64,000 bases of DNA. Origin: Magnetococcales bacterium (GTDB lineage Bacteria > Pseudomonadota > Magnetococcia > Magnetococcales > UBA8363). The DNA is taken from positions 1,588-65,587 of the forward strand of contig JADGCQ010000007.1 of the NCBI GenBank assembly GCA_015228925.1. Direction: 5' to 3'. The position numbers and the translations under genes were made by a program. Shown here piece by piece: positions 50,501 to 60,317 of the stretch (positions are counted from its first letter, which is position 1; every line of letters begins with the position of its first letter). The notes below the pieces were generated by a model that worked only from the letters and a program-made list of their open reading frames with translations, did no database searches and was not told the DNA's origin.

Positions 50501-50581
50501 TTGTCGGGCATCCCGATAAATGATGATTCTCAGTGATTGTGCGGGGATATGTCAGATTTTGGTAATATCGATTGATTCCTG

Positions 50582-50610
50582 TTGTCAGTATAGTGATTTT
50601 GGTGTAGATT
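50582..50610 (+). promoter_or_regulatory. Possible sigma-70-type promoter for the cyclase/TIR module
   Basis: TTGTCA - 17 nt - TAGATT, about 85 nt upstream of the cyclase start. Pattern match only. Confidence 0.25.
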
Positions 50611-50695
50611 TTGCGGACGGATGTAGTCGGCAGCCGTTGATGGGGGTAGACACCATTGCCAAGATTTTTCCTTTCCGCCATAAAGAGATGTGATC

Positions 50696-52138
50696 ATGAA
50701 TGGATACATCGTATTTTCAGACCTTAAAGGCTTCTCGAAACTGAATGAGTTTCAACTCCGCCTGTATTATCAGAAGTTTCTCCCCGCATTGTCCGCCAAA
50801 GTAGAGCCATGGCTTGAAAAAGCCAAGGTTTTCAATACCTGGGGGGACGGTTTGGTCGCCATCTTTGAGGATGGTGTCAGCACGGTAAATTATTTGATTA
50901 ATTATCAGGAATTTATGTTAATGTTTGACTTTGTTGGCCATGGAATACCACGTTTGGTTCCCAGAATTGGTGCCCACTTTGGGGATCTTGATTATTACGA
51001 TGATCCGTTGATCCATCGTACCAACGCCGTAGGCTTGCATATTCATACCGCTGCTCGGATCGAACCCATCACCCGCCCAGGAGAAATTTTTGTTACCGAA
51101 CCTTTCAAAGACGCCATAGAACAATTACCTGTGGCACCTGGGGGGATTGGTTTTGATTCTTTGGGACAATTTCCCCTGGCCAAAGGTTTTGGCAGGATGG
51201 ATCTCTACCGTTTGCGAAAAGCCAATGAAAAATCACTCGATATTGATCGGATTCTCACACAAAACATTGCCAATGATCTTCCCGAACCTGAGAAAATGAG
51301 TTTGGATGAGGAGCATTATTTGGCACGTTTCAAGAAAGCCCCCAACGTGGCAACATTCGCCGAATGGGTCGATCAGCAACGACAAGGTATTGCTCAAAAT
51401 TTTTCTGGAGAATATTTGTTGGAGGTTGGCCAACTGTGCCTTAATTTTGGTTGCTATGCGACAGCTTTGGAATTGATTGACAAACTGGAGTCTTGGCAGC
51501 TTCCGGCCAGTGGTGCGTTGCTCTACCCTTATCGAACCGATGCCAGGTTGTTGAAGTTAAAGGCTAATTGCCTCACAAGAGTTGGCAGATACAATGATGC
51601 GGCTAACATTGTTTATGGTTTGTGGCAGAGGTATCCTGGTGATTCAGATATTTTGTCCATGCTGGCCGGTCAGTATAAACGGCACGCCTTGTTTGGGGAT
51701 GGTCATGCCACCGATGGATCAGAGACCATTGACCCGGGTAAAATCAACGGTGAACTTCTTACCCGTGCGCGTGACTTGTATATTGAGGCATTTCGTCGTG
51801 ATATGGGGAGTTATTATGCCGCCATCAACGTGGCCTATCTTTATCGGATACTCCGGGGGTTTCAGGAAGGGCGCGGGATCAAACTTGCCCAACACATCAT
51901 TGGTACATGGGAGAAACAAAAGGGGGAAAATTGGTGGGTTGCCTGTACCCTCGCCGAGGCGGAGGTGATCCAAAATGACTATGAAAAAGCTTCGGAGCGA
52001 CTTCGTTATGCGGTGATGACCCATCATCCTACGGTTTTTGAGTTGGATGCCACGAGAACCCAATTGCGTATCTATGGGCAATTGATTGGTGCGGTGCGAG
52101 AGATCGAAACTGTCATTGAATCATCCTGTAAGGTTTAA
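50696..52138 (+). CDS. Minimal class III nucleotidyl-cyclase-like domain fused to a C-terminal TPR-like (DUF4071/MAP3K-TRAF-binding-like) domain
   Basis: The N-terminal ~175 aa carry the cyclase-homology blocks YIVFSDLKGFS and NTWGDGLVAIF (the two metal-Asp contexts), plus RIGAHFGDL, GLHIHTAARIE and GEIFVTE. The C-terminal ~270 aa are helical repeats with SYYAAINVAYLY and ENWWVACTLAEAEV blocks, which I associate from memory with DUF4071-type domains. Start is GTG 50690 or ATG 50696. Confidence 0.7.
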   Translation: MNGYIVFSDLKGFSKLNEFQLRLYYQKFLPALSAKVEPWLEKAKVFNTWGDGLVAIFEDGVSTVNYLINYQEFMLMFDFVGHGIPRLVPRIGAHFGDLDYYDDPLIHRTNAVGLHIHTAARIEPITRPGEIFVTEPFKDAIEQLPVAPGGIGFDSLGQFPLAKGFGRMDLYRLRKANEKSLDIDRILTQNIANDLPEPEKMSLDEEHYLARFKKAPNVATFAEWVDQQRQGIAQNFSGEYLLEVGQLCLNFGCYATALELIDKLESWQLPASGALLYPYRTDARLLKLKANCLTRVGRYNDAANIVYGLWQRYPGDSDILSMLAGQYKRHALFGDGHATDGSETIDPGKINGELLTRARDLYIEAFRRDMGSYYAAINVAYLYRILRGFQEGRGIKLAQHIIGTWEKQKGENWWVACTLAEAEVIQNDYEKASERLRYAVMTHHPTVFELDATRTQLRIYGQLIGAVREIETVIESSCKV

Positions 52139-52207
52139 GTGTCTTATTGTATGAATGCCGATACTGGCTGACAAATATCTCCATTTCCGATAGGGAAAGA
52201 ACAAAGC

Positions 52208-53542
52208 GTGGAAGAAACGATTCAATGTTTACCGGGTGAAATGGTGCAGATCATAAAATCTGACCCGGATGTGGTCGATTTTCCCCCTGCGCTTGTTATT
52301 CTTGAGGACAATGCCCTTGTCAGCATATTTGAACTGCTTCCTGGTAAAACAATAATTGGTCGGAGTGATAGCTGCGCCATTATGATATTATGTGCCCAAG
52401 CCTCCAGAAACCATTGTCTTCTGACTGTTTCGGAAGACTTGGATCGTGTGGTGGTTGAAGACCTTTCATCCAAAAATGGGACGTGGCTCAACTTGGTTCG
52501 CATTCAGCGTCCAGAAGCCCTTCAGCAAGGTGACACTTTGCATGTCGGAACTGTGGCCATGCGGTTTTTGCCCAAGAATGATCCCGATCATGTCCTCTAT
52601 CAACAACTTTCAAAATTTCATAAATTGGACCCCTCTACGGCATGTATTGGTAGGACTTTGTTTAACGATCTGGTGGAAAAGCAGATTAGGATCGCGGCTC
52701 GTAACGGTACTGGGTTTGCAATTTTGTACCTCCAGATGGAGCATATCGATTGCGTCGTTACAGGTCGGGATATTAATGTTCGTGAAACAATCATGAAGAC
52801 GGCTATCTACATGATTCGTAATTCTGGATTGCGGGATGGGGATGCTGTCTTTCGCTACAGCCCCAATGCTTTCGCAATACTGATTCCCAAAATAGACACC
52901 GCTTTGGCCGAAAGAATTTGCCAGAGATATGCAGATATTATTCGGAGTCACGAATTTAATTATGGTGATCGAGTTTCATCGGGAGTTATCTCTACGGCAT
53001 TCGCCAACTATTCTTATGAACATGCCAATGCCGAACGTGAAGCGCACAAAGATGTTTTCTTAAGTTATTCTCGTGAGGATATAGATTCTGTAAGTGCTTT
53101 ACTAAACACCTTGGACGATATTTGCGTATCTCTTTGGGTTGACCGTTTGGACATGAAAGGGGGGGATATTTTTGCGGGTCGAATCGCCCAGGCGATCAAT
53201 CATTGCAAGGTTGTCATCGTCGCCTTGACACCCAATGCGGTAAAATCCCAGTATGTCTATAAAGAACTCGCCTTGGCTGTGGACACGGATAAGCCCATTA
53301 TTCCCATACGGTTTGGGAAATTTCCGTTGTCGGATAACTTTAGACTTCTTCTGGCGGGTATTCATGAAATACATATGGTCCAGGATGATCCTGGTGTCTA
53401 TGATCACCTTATCCGGCGACTGAAAGAATTGGGTGTTGCTACTCTCGACGCAGAAGCCATTGCCAAAGAGCGAGACCAATTGATCGAGCAATTGCATGGA
53501 GCCATAGAAAACTGTACGACGGTTGGTTTCGGCAAGGGCTGA
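52208..53542 (+). CDS. FHA - degenerate GGDEF-fold - TIR three-domain protein
   Basis: FHA: IIGRSDSCAIMI...SRNHCLL...SKNGTWLN...GDTLHVGTVAMRF (nt ~52340-52568). GGDEF-fold region with LQMEHID and RYSPNAFAILIP in place of the DxDxFK and GGDEF signatures (nt ~52625-53017). TIR: KDVFLSYSREDIDS...LWVDRLDMKGGD...VVIVALTPNAVKSQYVYKELALA...PIIPIRF (nt ~53048-53392). Start is GTG 52208 or ATG 52241. Confidence 0.75.
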   Translation: MEETIQCLPGEMVQIIKSDPDVVDFPPALVILEDNALVSIFELLPGKTIIGRSDSCAIMILCAQASRNHCLLTVSEDLDRVVVEDLSSKNGTWLNLVRIQRPEALQQGDTLHVGTVAMRFLPKNDPDHVLYQQLSKFHKLDPSTACIGRTLFNDLVEKQIRIAARNGTGFAILYLQMEHIDCVVTGRDINVRETIMKTAIYMIRNSGLRDGDAVFRYSPNAFAILIPKIDTALAERICQRYADIIRSHEFNYGDRVSSGVISTAFANYSYEHANAEREAHKDVFLSYSREDIDSVSALLNTLDDICVSLWVDRLDMKGGDIFAGRIAQAINHCKVVIVALTPNAVKSQYVYKELALAVDTDKPIIPIRFGKFPLSDNFRLLLAGIHEIHMVQDDPGVYDHLIRRLKELGVATLDAEAIAKERDQLIEQLHGAIENCTTVGFGKG

Positions 53543-53580
53543 CGCGACTTTTTTCGCAGGGGGGCTTCATAGACCCGAAT

Positions 53581-54720
53581 CTATAGACCCGAATCACCCA
53601 TATTTTTACTACAATAGACTTCGGAATCAGTTGTTGGTAGCCCCCCTTGAGGGGGGAGGGAGTAGCTCGTCATGACCTTGGGGATGGGACAGGTGATCCC
53701 CGCACGACGACACACTTGGGCCAAATGGGGGTGATAGTGGGGTATGCGGAGTACGGCGATCCCCTTCTTGAGCGCAAGGTCTGATGCATATCCCAATAAA
53801 GGCAAAAGATTTTTATCATCCGGTGAATCGGCCCATACATCGAGTGCCAGATAGCTTTCCCCATCGGGCCAGTGATGGGTGGGCTGTTTCGTGAATAAAC
53901 CAAACGCAACCAGTTCGCCATTTTTTTGATGAACCAACAGATCGCAGGGGAGGCGATTGGGATTCTTCTGAAGATACCACTTCAGATCCAAAGATCCGCG
54001 CACATTGGTCCATGGAAAGCGTTTGTGGGTGCGCTGCCATAGCCGGTCGAATTCTGGTCCGATGATTGTAGTTTGGAATAATTCTCCTTGATTCTCGGAA
54101 ATTTTCTTAAAATATTGTTGTTGGCGAACATATTGGATCAAGGATAAAATGACTTGCATCCATGGTGTTCTGGATTGAACGTTGGGCCACCAGTTGACAT
54201 GGATTCGGGCAATATCCTTGATGCGTTGCCAAACCGAACCGCCGGCACGGGGACGGATGATGACGCTTTCTGTGGTAACTCCGTGGGAAAAATGGGTGAA
54301 GGGGACACGGTTTAACAGAGCCTCCACATCTTTGGTCGGTGTCGTATTCAGCAGGGGGTACCCTTGGGCGTATTCCATGAGGGCCAGAAATAGTTTCATG
54401 CTGTGTTGGCGCAGTGCCGTGTGTACACGCCAGCAGGACATGTTGGCGGCGACTCTTTCTTCGGAGTTCCATACGATCCGTGATGGAATCAAGGCAAACA
54501 TGCCACCTATTTTTCCATCGGCTTCCAGCAGACACCCCCTGGGGAAATCGGGGGAAAAGGCGTGGTTTTCTTCCCACCAGAAATCAAATCGTTGCTGCCA
54601 AAACGACACCGGACGGGTTTCGTCTGGGAAATGGGCGCAAAACTCCGCGAGTGCAGGGATATCCGCAGCGGTGATAGACCGTAATAAAACCTGTTTGTCG
54701 GCTATGTTCACTTGCGCCAC
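53581..54720 (-). CDS. Hypothetical protein, possibly a GNAT-like acyltransferase fold
   Basis: 379-aa ORF. N-terminal LRSITAADIPALAEF...LLEADGKIGGMFALIP resembles a GNAT beta-strand pattern. No firm motif. Confidence 0.4.
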   Translation of the reverse strand: MAQVNIADKQVLLRSITAADIPALAEFCAHFPDETRPVSFWQQRFDFWWEENHAFSPDFPRGCLLEADGKIGGMFALIPSRIVWNSEERVAANMSCWRVHTALRQHSMKLFLALMEYAQGYPLLNTTPTKDVEALLNRVPFTHFSHGVTTESVIIRPRAGGSVWQRIKDIARIHVNWWPNVQSRTPWMQVILSLIQYVRQQQYFKKISENQGELFQTTIIGPEFDRLWQRTHKRFPWTNVRGSLDLKWYLQKNPNRLPCDLLVHQKNGELVAFGLFTKQPTHHWPDGESYLALDVWADSPDDKNLLPLLGYASDLALKKGIAVLRIPHYHPHLAQVCRRAGITCPIPKVMTSYSLPPQGGLPTTDSEVYCSKNMGDSGL

Positions 54721-54862
54721 CTATTTGGGATTGTCACGGGGAGAAAGCTTTGATATGTGGTATAACAAAGGCACTTTATACCGATGAGGCATCATTCGTC
54801 TAATGTTTGGCACGATTGAGACCAGGGTATCGATCTTCCGCACTTATTGAGGGTACGCCGGC

Positions 54863-57800
54863 ATGGAAAATGACTTGACCTACCGCGGAAAAAGACAATG
54901 GGAACGGCAGGAATACCAAGCCAGAATGACCCTGGAGCTTACGGATGGCAACGTCATGTATGGCAATACCCTGGATGTCAGTCTGGGGGGTGTTTTCCTG
55001 TTAACCGATGTTCCGCCGGGAAATATAGCCTTGGGGACGCCAGGAAAACTTTTTGTCAAGGTTGTTCACCATAATATTGCTTTTCCGTGTCGTGTGGTTC
55101 GGAGAGATCATCAAGGCGTGGGTGTCAATTTTATGGCCAACCATTCCGAATTCGGGATGCTCATCAGCCATGATATGACGCTGGGCCTCATTACCCGCAC
55201 CAATCATGCGTTTGCCCAATCGATGGATTTGGAAACGACGCTGCAAACCAGTGTTTCTCATATTAAAAATTATATGCAGGCAGAAGCGGCCTCTTTGTTT
55301 CTTTTGGAGAATGATCGTGCTGGCATCGTTTGTCGGGCCTACACGGGTCCGGTCAATATTCTGGGTACGCGACTCATGGTGGGCGAGGGGATCGTCGGTC
55401 GCACCATTGCCCAGGGGAAATCCGAGATGGTCCATTATCCCAGAAGCGATGCGGGGTTTGCCCATCATATCGATCTTGCGACAGGATTTATCACCGAATC
55501 CCTCCTGTGTGCCCCCCTGATCGTCGGTGATCAAACCATTGGTGCCATGGAGGTGTTGAACAAGCGGGGTTCCGGTTCCTTTTCCGATCATGATCTGATC
55601 GCCTTGGAGGCATTGGCATCCATTTCCGCCCTGGCGATTCACAATGCGATGGAGATGGCAAAACGGTTGGCAGCCGAGTCGGCCAGTCATGCCAAAGGCG
55701 AATTTCTTGCCAACATGAGCCATGAAATTCGCACCCCTTTGAATGCGATTATCGGTCTCACCTATCTGTGCCTGCAAACCGACTTGAAAGAACAGCAGAG
55801 AGATTATTTGAACAAGGTCAATCTGAGTGCCAATAATCTTTTGGTATTGATCAATGATATCCTCGATTTCTCCAAGATTGAGGCGGGAAAACTTTCTATG
55901 GAAAGGGTGCCGTTCTCTTTGGATGAAGTTTTTGAGGGGATTGTTGCGGTTTTGGGGGTTAAAAGTCAGGAAAAAGGGCTGGAATTATTGGTTGACGCCA
56001 ATGTAGAGATTCCCTATCGTTTGTTGGGAGACCCCCTGCGGTTGGGACAGATCCTTACCAATCTGGCAGGCAATGCCGTCAAATTTACCTGTGAGGGTGA
56101 AGTTTCCATCCGCGTCTCCATCCTGGATGAAAACGTCAATAGCTTGTTGTTGCAGTTCAGTATCCAGGACACCGGCATTGGCATGTCATCGGAGCAAATG
56201 GCCAATCTGTTTACTGTTTTCTCTCAGGGAGATTCGTCAACCACCCGGAAATATGGTGGGACCGGGTTGGGACTTGCCATCAGCAAGCGGTTGGTGGAAT
56301 TGATGGGGGGCAGCATACATGTCCAGAGTGAAGTGGGGGTCGGAAGTCGTTTTATTTTTACCTCCCGGTTTGAGAAGACGAACCTGCCGATCATGCCTCT
56401 GTTGGCTCCAACGTCCGATTTTAAAGATTTGTCAGTCCTGATTCTTGATGATAACGCCAGTGCCCGTCGGATTATGGAAGATCACTGCGCGGCGTTTCAT
56501 TGGCACTGCATCAGCGTTGGAAGTGGACAGGAAGCTTTGGACATTCTCAAACGGTCCCACCAGGATGGTCCAACGGTGAATTTGATGTTGTTGGATTGGA
56601 AAATGCCCAATCTCAACGGCATCGAAGTGGCTACCCAGGTGCGAGAATGTCTTGCACCGGAAAAAATGCCCAAAATAATCATGACAACCGCTTATGACCG
56701 TAGTGAAATGATGGTGGATGGTGAATACGCGCATTTGATCGATGGTTTTTTGACAAAGCCGGTTCAAAGGAGGGGACTCTTTGAACATGTCATGGCTGTC
56801 TTTAACCGGAATACCGAAAGCATGGGCGATCATGGTGCGGTCAAGTCGAAACCACGGCCTGACCTTTCCGGGGTAAGAGTTTTGTTGGCGGAGGACAATG
56901 AGATCAATCAACAGGTCGCCAAAGAATTGCTGGAAAAGATTGGCATTCGGGTTATCATCGCCCAGAATGGGGCCGAGGCGGTGGTCTTGGCCCGTGAAGA
57001 GACGTTTGATGCCATTTTGATGGATGTGCAAATGCCTGTTTTGGATGGTTATGGTGCGACGCGGCAAATACGTGCCCTGGAAAATTCCCAGCGATTGCCG
57101 ATCATTGCCATGACCGCCAACGCCATGGCGGGTGATCGGGAGAAGTGTTTGGAAACAGGGATGAATGATCATGTGGCCAAACCCGTTGTCCCCGACGAAC
57201 TGTATGCGACGTTAAGTCAATGGATTGGCCGGTCTGCTTTCGATGTTCCTGATGCGTGTGCTTCCCCTCTGGTGGAGATTCCTCCTATCCCTGGGATTGA
57301 CCTGGATGTTGGGAGTCGGCATGTGGGTGGTGATCGGGTTCTTTTGCGGGATGTTTTATTAAAATTTGCAAGAAACCGAGATCGTGCGCATTATCGATTG
57401 CCTACATTTCTGGCCGATAACGATTTGGAGGGTTTATCCCGGGCGGCACATACGCTCAAGGGGATCAGTGCCACTTTGGGAGCGATCCGGGTGTCTACCC
57501 TAGCGGCCAGGATCGAGCGTGAGGCCAAGGCTGGAAAAGACCTGGACGATCTGAGAGAGCCGGTCGTGGAGTTGGCTCTGGAATTGGATTGCGTTATTGC
57601 AGGAATCGAAGCGGCGTTGCGTCCCGATGTTCCGGTTTCATCCTGTCCGACGCATCCAAATGATGAGAAAAACTTGGAAGTCCTGGCAGTTTCTATTCGC
57701 AAGGCGGTTGAATTGCTTGTCAATTACGATTCGGATGTGGAATATGTTGTGGAGGAACTTGCCCCTTGGGTGCAGCATGGTCCCCGAAGGGAGCGGTTTG

Positions 57801-57901
57801 TTTTGATCGAAAAGGCATTGGATCATTACGACTTTGAATCAGCTCTGGCCATCTTTCGCCAATGGGCATTGGCGGAAAATATTGAACTGGAATCTTTATG
57901 A
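54863..57901 (+). CDS. Hybrid sensor histidine kinase: PilZ - GAF - HisKA - HATPase - REC - REC - Hpt
   Basis: PilZ motifs RQWER and DVSLGG. GAF ([15 protein letters not shown]...GEGIVGR...[19 protein letters not shown]). H-box [36 protein letters not shown]. Two REC domains (LILDDN...[11 protein letters not shown]; [11 protein letters not shown]...[12 protein letters not shown]). Hpt [13 protein letters not shown]. Confidence 0.85.
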   Translation: MENDLTYRGKRQWERQEYQARMTLELTDGNVMYGNTLDVSLGGVFLLTDVPPGNIALGTPGKLFVKVVHHNIAFPCRVVRRDHQGVGVNFMANHSEFGMLISHDMTLGLITRTNHAFAQSMDLETTLQTSVSHIKNYMQAEAASLFLLENDRAGIVCRAYTGPVNILGTRLMVGEGIVGRTIAQGKSEMVHYPRSDAGFAHHIDLATGFITESLLCAPLIVGDQTIGAMEVLNKRGSGSFSDHDLIALEALASISALAIHNAMEMAKRLAAESASHAKGEFLANMSHEIRTPLNAIIGLTYLCLQTDLKEQQRDYLNKVNLSANNLLVLINDILDFSKIEAGKLSMERVPFSLDEVFEGIVAVLGVKSQEKGLELLVDANVEIPYRLLGDPLRLGQILTNLAGNAVKFTCEGEVSIRVSILDENVNSLLLQFSIQDTGIGMSSEQMANLFTVFSQGDSSTTRKYGGTGLGLAISKRLVELMGGSIHVQSEVGVGSRFIFTSRFEKTNLPIMPLLAPTSDFKDLSVLILDDNASARRIMEDHCAAFHWHCISVGSGQEALDILKRSHQDGPTVNLMLLDWKMPNLNGIEVATQVRECLAPEKMPKIIMTTAYDRSEMMVDGEYAHLIDGFLTKPVQRRGLFEHVMAVFNRNTESMGDHGAVKSKPRPDLSGVRVLLAEDNEINQQVAKELLEKIGIRVIIAQNGAEAVVLAREETFDAILMDVQMPVLDGYGATRQIRALENSQRLPIIAMTANAMAGDREKCLETGMNDHVAKPVVPDELYATLSQWIGRSAFDVPDACASPLVEIPPIPGIDLDVGSRHVGGDRVLLRDVLLKFARNRDRAHYRLPTFLADNDLEGLSRAAHTLKGISATLGAIRVSTLAARIEREAKAGKDLDDLREPVVELALELDCVIAGIEAALRPDVPVSSCPTHPNDEKNLEVLAVSIRKAVELLVNYDSDVEYVVEELAPWVQHGPRRERFVLIEKALDHYDFESALAIFRQWALAENIELESL

Positions 57902-58971
57902 ATAAAAGCTTGGCAGGTCATGCCGCAAAAAAAACCGTACTGATTGTCGATGATGTACCGGAAAATTTGTATGTATTACAGCGGATACTTGCGGTTCACT
58001 ATCGGGTGCAGATAGCGACCAACGGACGCACGGCTATCAAGATCGCCCTATCGCCATCGCAACCTGATTTAATCTTGCTGGATGTCATGATGCCGGAGTT
58101 GGACGGTTATGAAACCTGCCAACTTTTAAAGCAACAGGAGCGTACCCGAGACATTCCCCTTCTGTTTGTGACGGCCAAATCGGAAGTGGAAGATGAAACC
58201 AAGGGTTTTGAACTGGGGGCGGCTGATTATCTGGTCAAACCCATCAGCCCCCCTGTGGTGCTGTCCAGAGTCAAGACCCATCTGGCCATGCATGACCAAA
58301 GAAAGCTTTTGGCGGATCAGGTGGCGACCCGGACTGCACAATTGCAGGCACGTAATCAGGAGTTGGAGGAGACCCATCAGGAGGTGATCCGCCAGTTGGG
58401 CCGTGCGTCGGAATATCGTGACAATGAGACCGGATTGCATATTGTACGGATGAGCCGTTACGTTCGGATGCTGGCGTTAAAATCGGGATTGAGTGAACCT
58501 GAAGCGGATCAAATGATGCAAGCGGCTCCGATGCACGACCTGGGGAAGATTGGCATTCCTGATCACATTCTTTTAAAACCCGGAAAATTGACGCCGGAGG
58601 AGTTTGCCATCATCAAAACCCATCCTGAAATTGGGTATAACATCATCGGCGATCAAAAATCGGGATTGTTGCATTTGGGGCGCACCATTGCCTTGTCGCA
58701 TCATGAAAAATGGAACGGTTTGGGCTATCCGAAGGGGTTGAAAGGGGAAGAGATCCCTTTGGCAGGTCGATTGACCGCCATCGGCGATGTTTTTGACGCA
58801 TTGACCTCCTCCCGGCCTTACAAGAGGGGATGGACGTTGGATGATGCCATGGGGTTGATTCTCAAGGAGTCTGGGGAACATTTCGATCCGACGTTGGTTC
58901 CGATCTTTTCCAGTCTGCGGGAAGAAGTTGCCAAGATCATGGACCAATATCAGGACAAGGATGAGGCATAG
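57898..58971 (+). CDS. Response regulator with an HD-GYP c-di-GMP phosphodiesterase domain (RpfG-like)
   Basis: [14 protein letters not shown]...[13 protein letters not shown]...VKP. HD-GYP blocks [28 protein letters not shown] and [17 protein letters not shown] overlap with the upstream kinase. Confidence 0.9.
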   Translation: MNKSLAGHAAKKTVLIVDDVPENLYVLQRILAVHYRVQIATNGRTAIKIALSPSQPDLILLDVMMPELDGYETCQLLKQQERTRDIPLLFVTAKSEVEDETKGFELGAADYLVKPISPPVVLSRVKTHLAMHDQRKLLADQVATRTAQLQARNQELEETHQEVIRQLGRASEYRDNETGLHIVRMSRYVRMLALKSGLSEPEADQMMQAAPMHDLGKIGIPDHILLKPGKLTPEEFAIIKTHPEIGYNIIGDQKSGLLHLGRTIALSHHEKWNGLGYPKGLKGEEIPLAGRLTAIGDVFDALTSSRPYKRGWTLDDAMGLILKESGEHFDPTLVPIFSSLREEVAKIMDQYQDKDEA

Positions 58972-59540
58972 CACTTATAGAACGGGAATTCCAACCGTCC
59001 TATCTGGAAACGGGCCGCGAAATCTTTGCGTAGTCTGGGGGCGTCCTGGAGATGGTACGGGGCGTTGGATTGGATGCAGTCGATGAGGTTTTCTTTGCGA
59101 AACATAAGGCCGGACAAAGTACCCTCTTGCAGACCATTGCGGCGTTCCAGGACTTTTTCCTGGTGATCGACGGAGACGCAATCCATCGCCACCGCTTGGT
59201 AACAGCGGTTCATATCCAGGAAAATCTTCATGGTTTGGAGGCAGTTGCGATTGAGATAATCGTCCGCACTGACCAGCATGATGTAACGTCCCAAGGTGTG
59301 ACGGATGGCGGTGTTTAGATCAACACGGGATACAAGGCGACAATTTTCCAGAGTGGTTAGATTTTCCAGCATGATTTTTGAGTGGTCATCGTCTGCGTTG
59401 TCCATGACCAGAATTTCCAATAGTTGGTTGATAATCCCCTCTTGATGGCTGATGCTGCGAACGCACCTTTCCACCCAACGTTTGTGATGGGAACAGGTGA
59501 CGATCACGGAAATATCCGGTAGGTAGCTTTTTGCCGCCAT
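58950..59540 (-). CDS. Short GT-A fold (family 2-like) glycosyltransferase
   Basis: ISVIVTCSHHKRWVERCVRSISHQ...LEILVMDNADDD and YIMLVSADDYL. The ATG at 59540 (MAAKSYLPD) is preferred over the tracked 59714. 22-nt convergent overlap with the HD-GYP gene. Confidence 0.55.
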   Translation of the reverse strand: MAAKSYLPDISVIVTCSHHKRWVERCVRSISHQEGIINQLLEILVMDNADDDHSKIMLENLTTLENCRLVSRVDLNTAIRHTLGRYIMLVSADDYLNRNCLQTMKIFLDMNRCYQAVAMDCVSVDHQEKVLERRNGLQEGTLSGLMFRKENLIDCIQSNAPYHLQDAPRLRKDFAARFQIGRLEFPFYKCYASSLS

Positions 59541-59968
59541 TGTTTTCTTTCCCTCGTGTTCATGACACATTGTTTGGCCATGATACACCATCACGCCCAA
59601 AATCCTGAAGAATGATTTTGTCCCAAAAAAATCTTTCATGATCTGGCATCGCCGGTGAGGAAACAGGGATGGGATTGAAAAACCATTGCCTTGGACATGG
59701 ATTATCGTTACCATGGGTGGGACTGGTGCGGGAATATGGCATTTCCGTGCGTGTCAGGCCCGCGCTGTTTGTCGTTGATCCGCTGTTTGCGTGGGTTGTT
59801 TTTGTGTCGGTTCTTCAGGAACCATCCCGTCGCAAAGGATCGGTGGAAACATTCGTCCCATTTTATCGCCGCCGTGCCCGAAAGCCGTTCTCTCACATTG
59901 CCAACCCCTGGTATCCCGTGGTCGTCGGACGTTTCTTTGCGCCATTATAAAGGAAAGCTCAAGTCGTC

Positions 59969-60274
59969 ATGAAGGTTAACTATTCACATTTACATTTATG
60001 CAAAACATGTCATGGAACAGGGCTGATTGCCCCGCCAACAGGTACCCGTGCTTCCTTTTTTCCATGTGATCGTTGCATGGGAAAGGGGACAATCAACGAA
60101 GACGATATTGTGAGTCAGGTCGTCGAAGCCATGCGGCCCTTGGTCATGAAAGGGTGCAAGTGTACCGAATCGCAAAAGAAAAAAGGGACAAAATCGGTTC
60201 ATTGCACCGTCCATAATCTGGACCTTGAAGCCATGGCCCAGGCGGCGATTCTGGTGGCGGCGCGCTACGATTGA
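59969..60274 (+). CDS. Small Cys-rich protein with two DnaJ-type CxxCxGxG zinc-finger motifs
   Basis: CKTCHGTG and CDRCMGKG, 22 residues apart. 101 aa. Confidence 0.45.
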   Translation: MKVNYSHLHLCKTCHGTGLIAPPTGTRASFFPCDRCMGKGTINEDDIVSQVVEAMRPLVMKGCKCTESQKKKGTKSVHCTVHNLDLEAMAQAAILVAARYD

Positions 60275-60317
60275 AGACGACGCCGTTTGGGACGATGGCA
60301 GGCCGTTCCTGGTGAGG

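Noticed and set aside
52625-53017. Active diguanylate cyclase domain in the FHA-TIR protein
   Set aside because: The GG(D/E)EF signature reads SPNAF and the first metal-binding DxD context reads MEHID, so catalysis is unlikely. I treat it as a sensor-type degenerate domain.
52208-53542. Calling the TIR protein a canonical Pycsar effector (PycTIR)
   Set aside because: No CAP/Crp-type cyclic-nucleotide-binding domain is visible. The sensor position is occupied by FHA plus a degenerate GGDEF fold, so it does not fit the described architecture.
55001-57172. Minus-strand ORFs of 258 and 246 aa inside the PilZ hybrid kinase gene
   Set aside because: They are antisense to a gene with continuous kinase and receiver motifs, and their translations are low-complexity.
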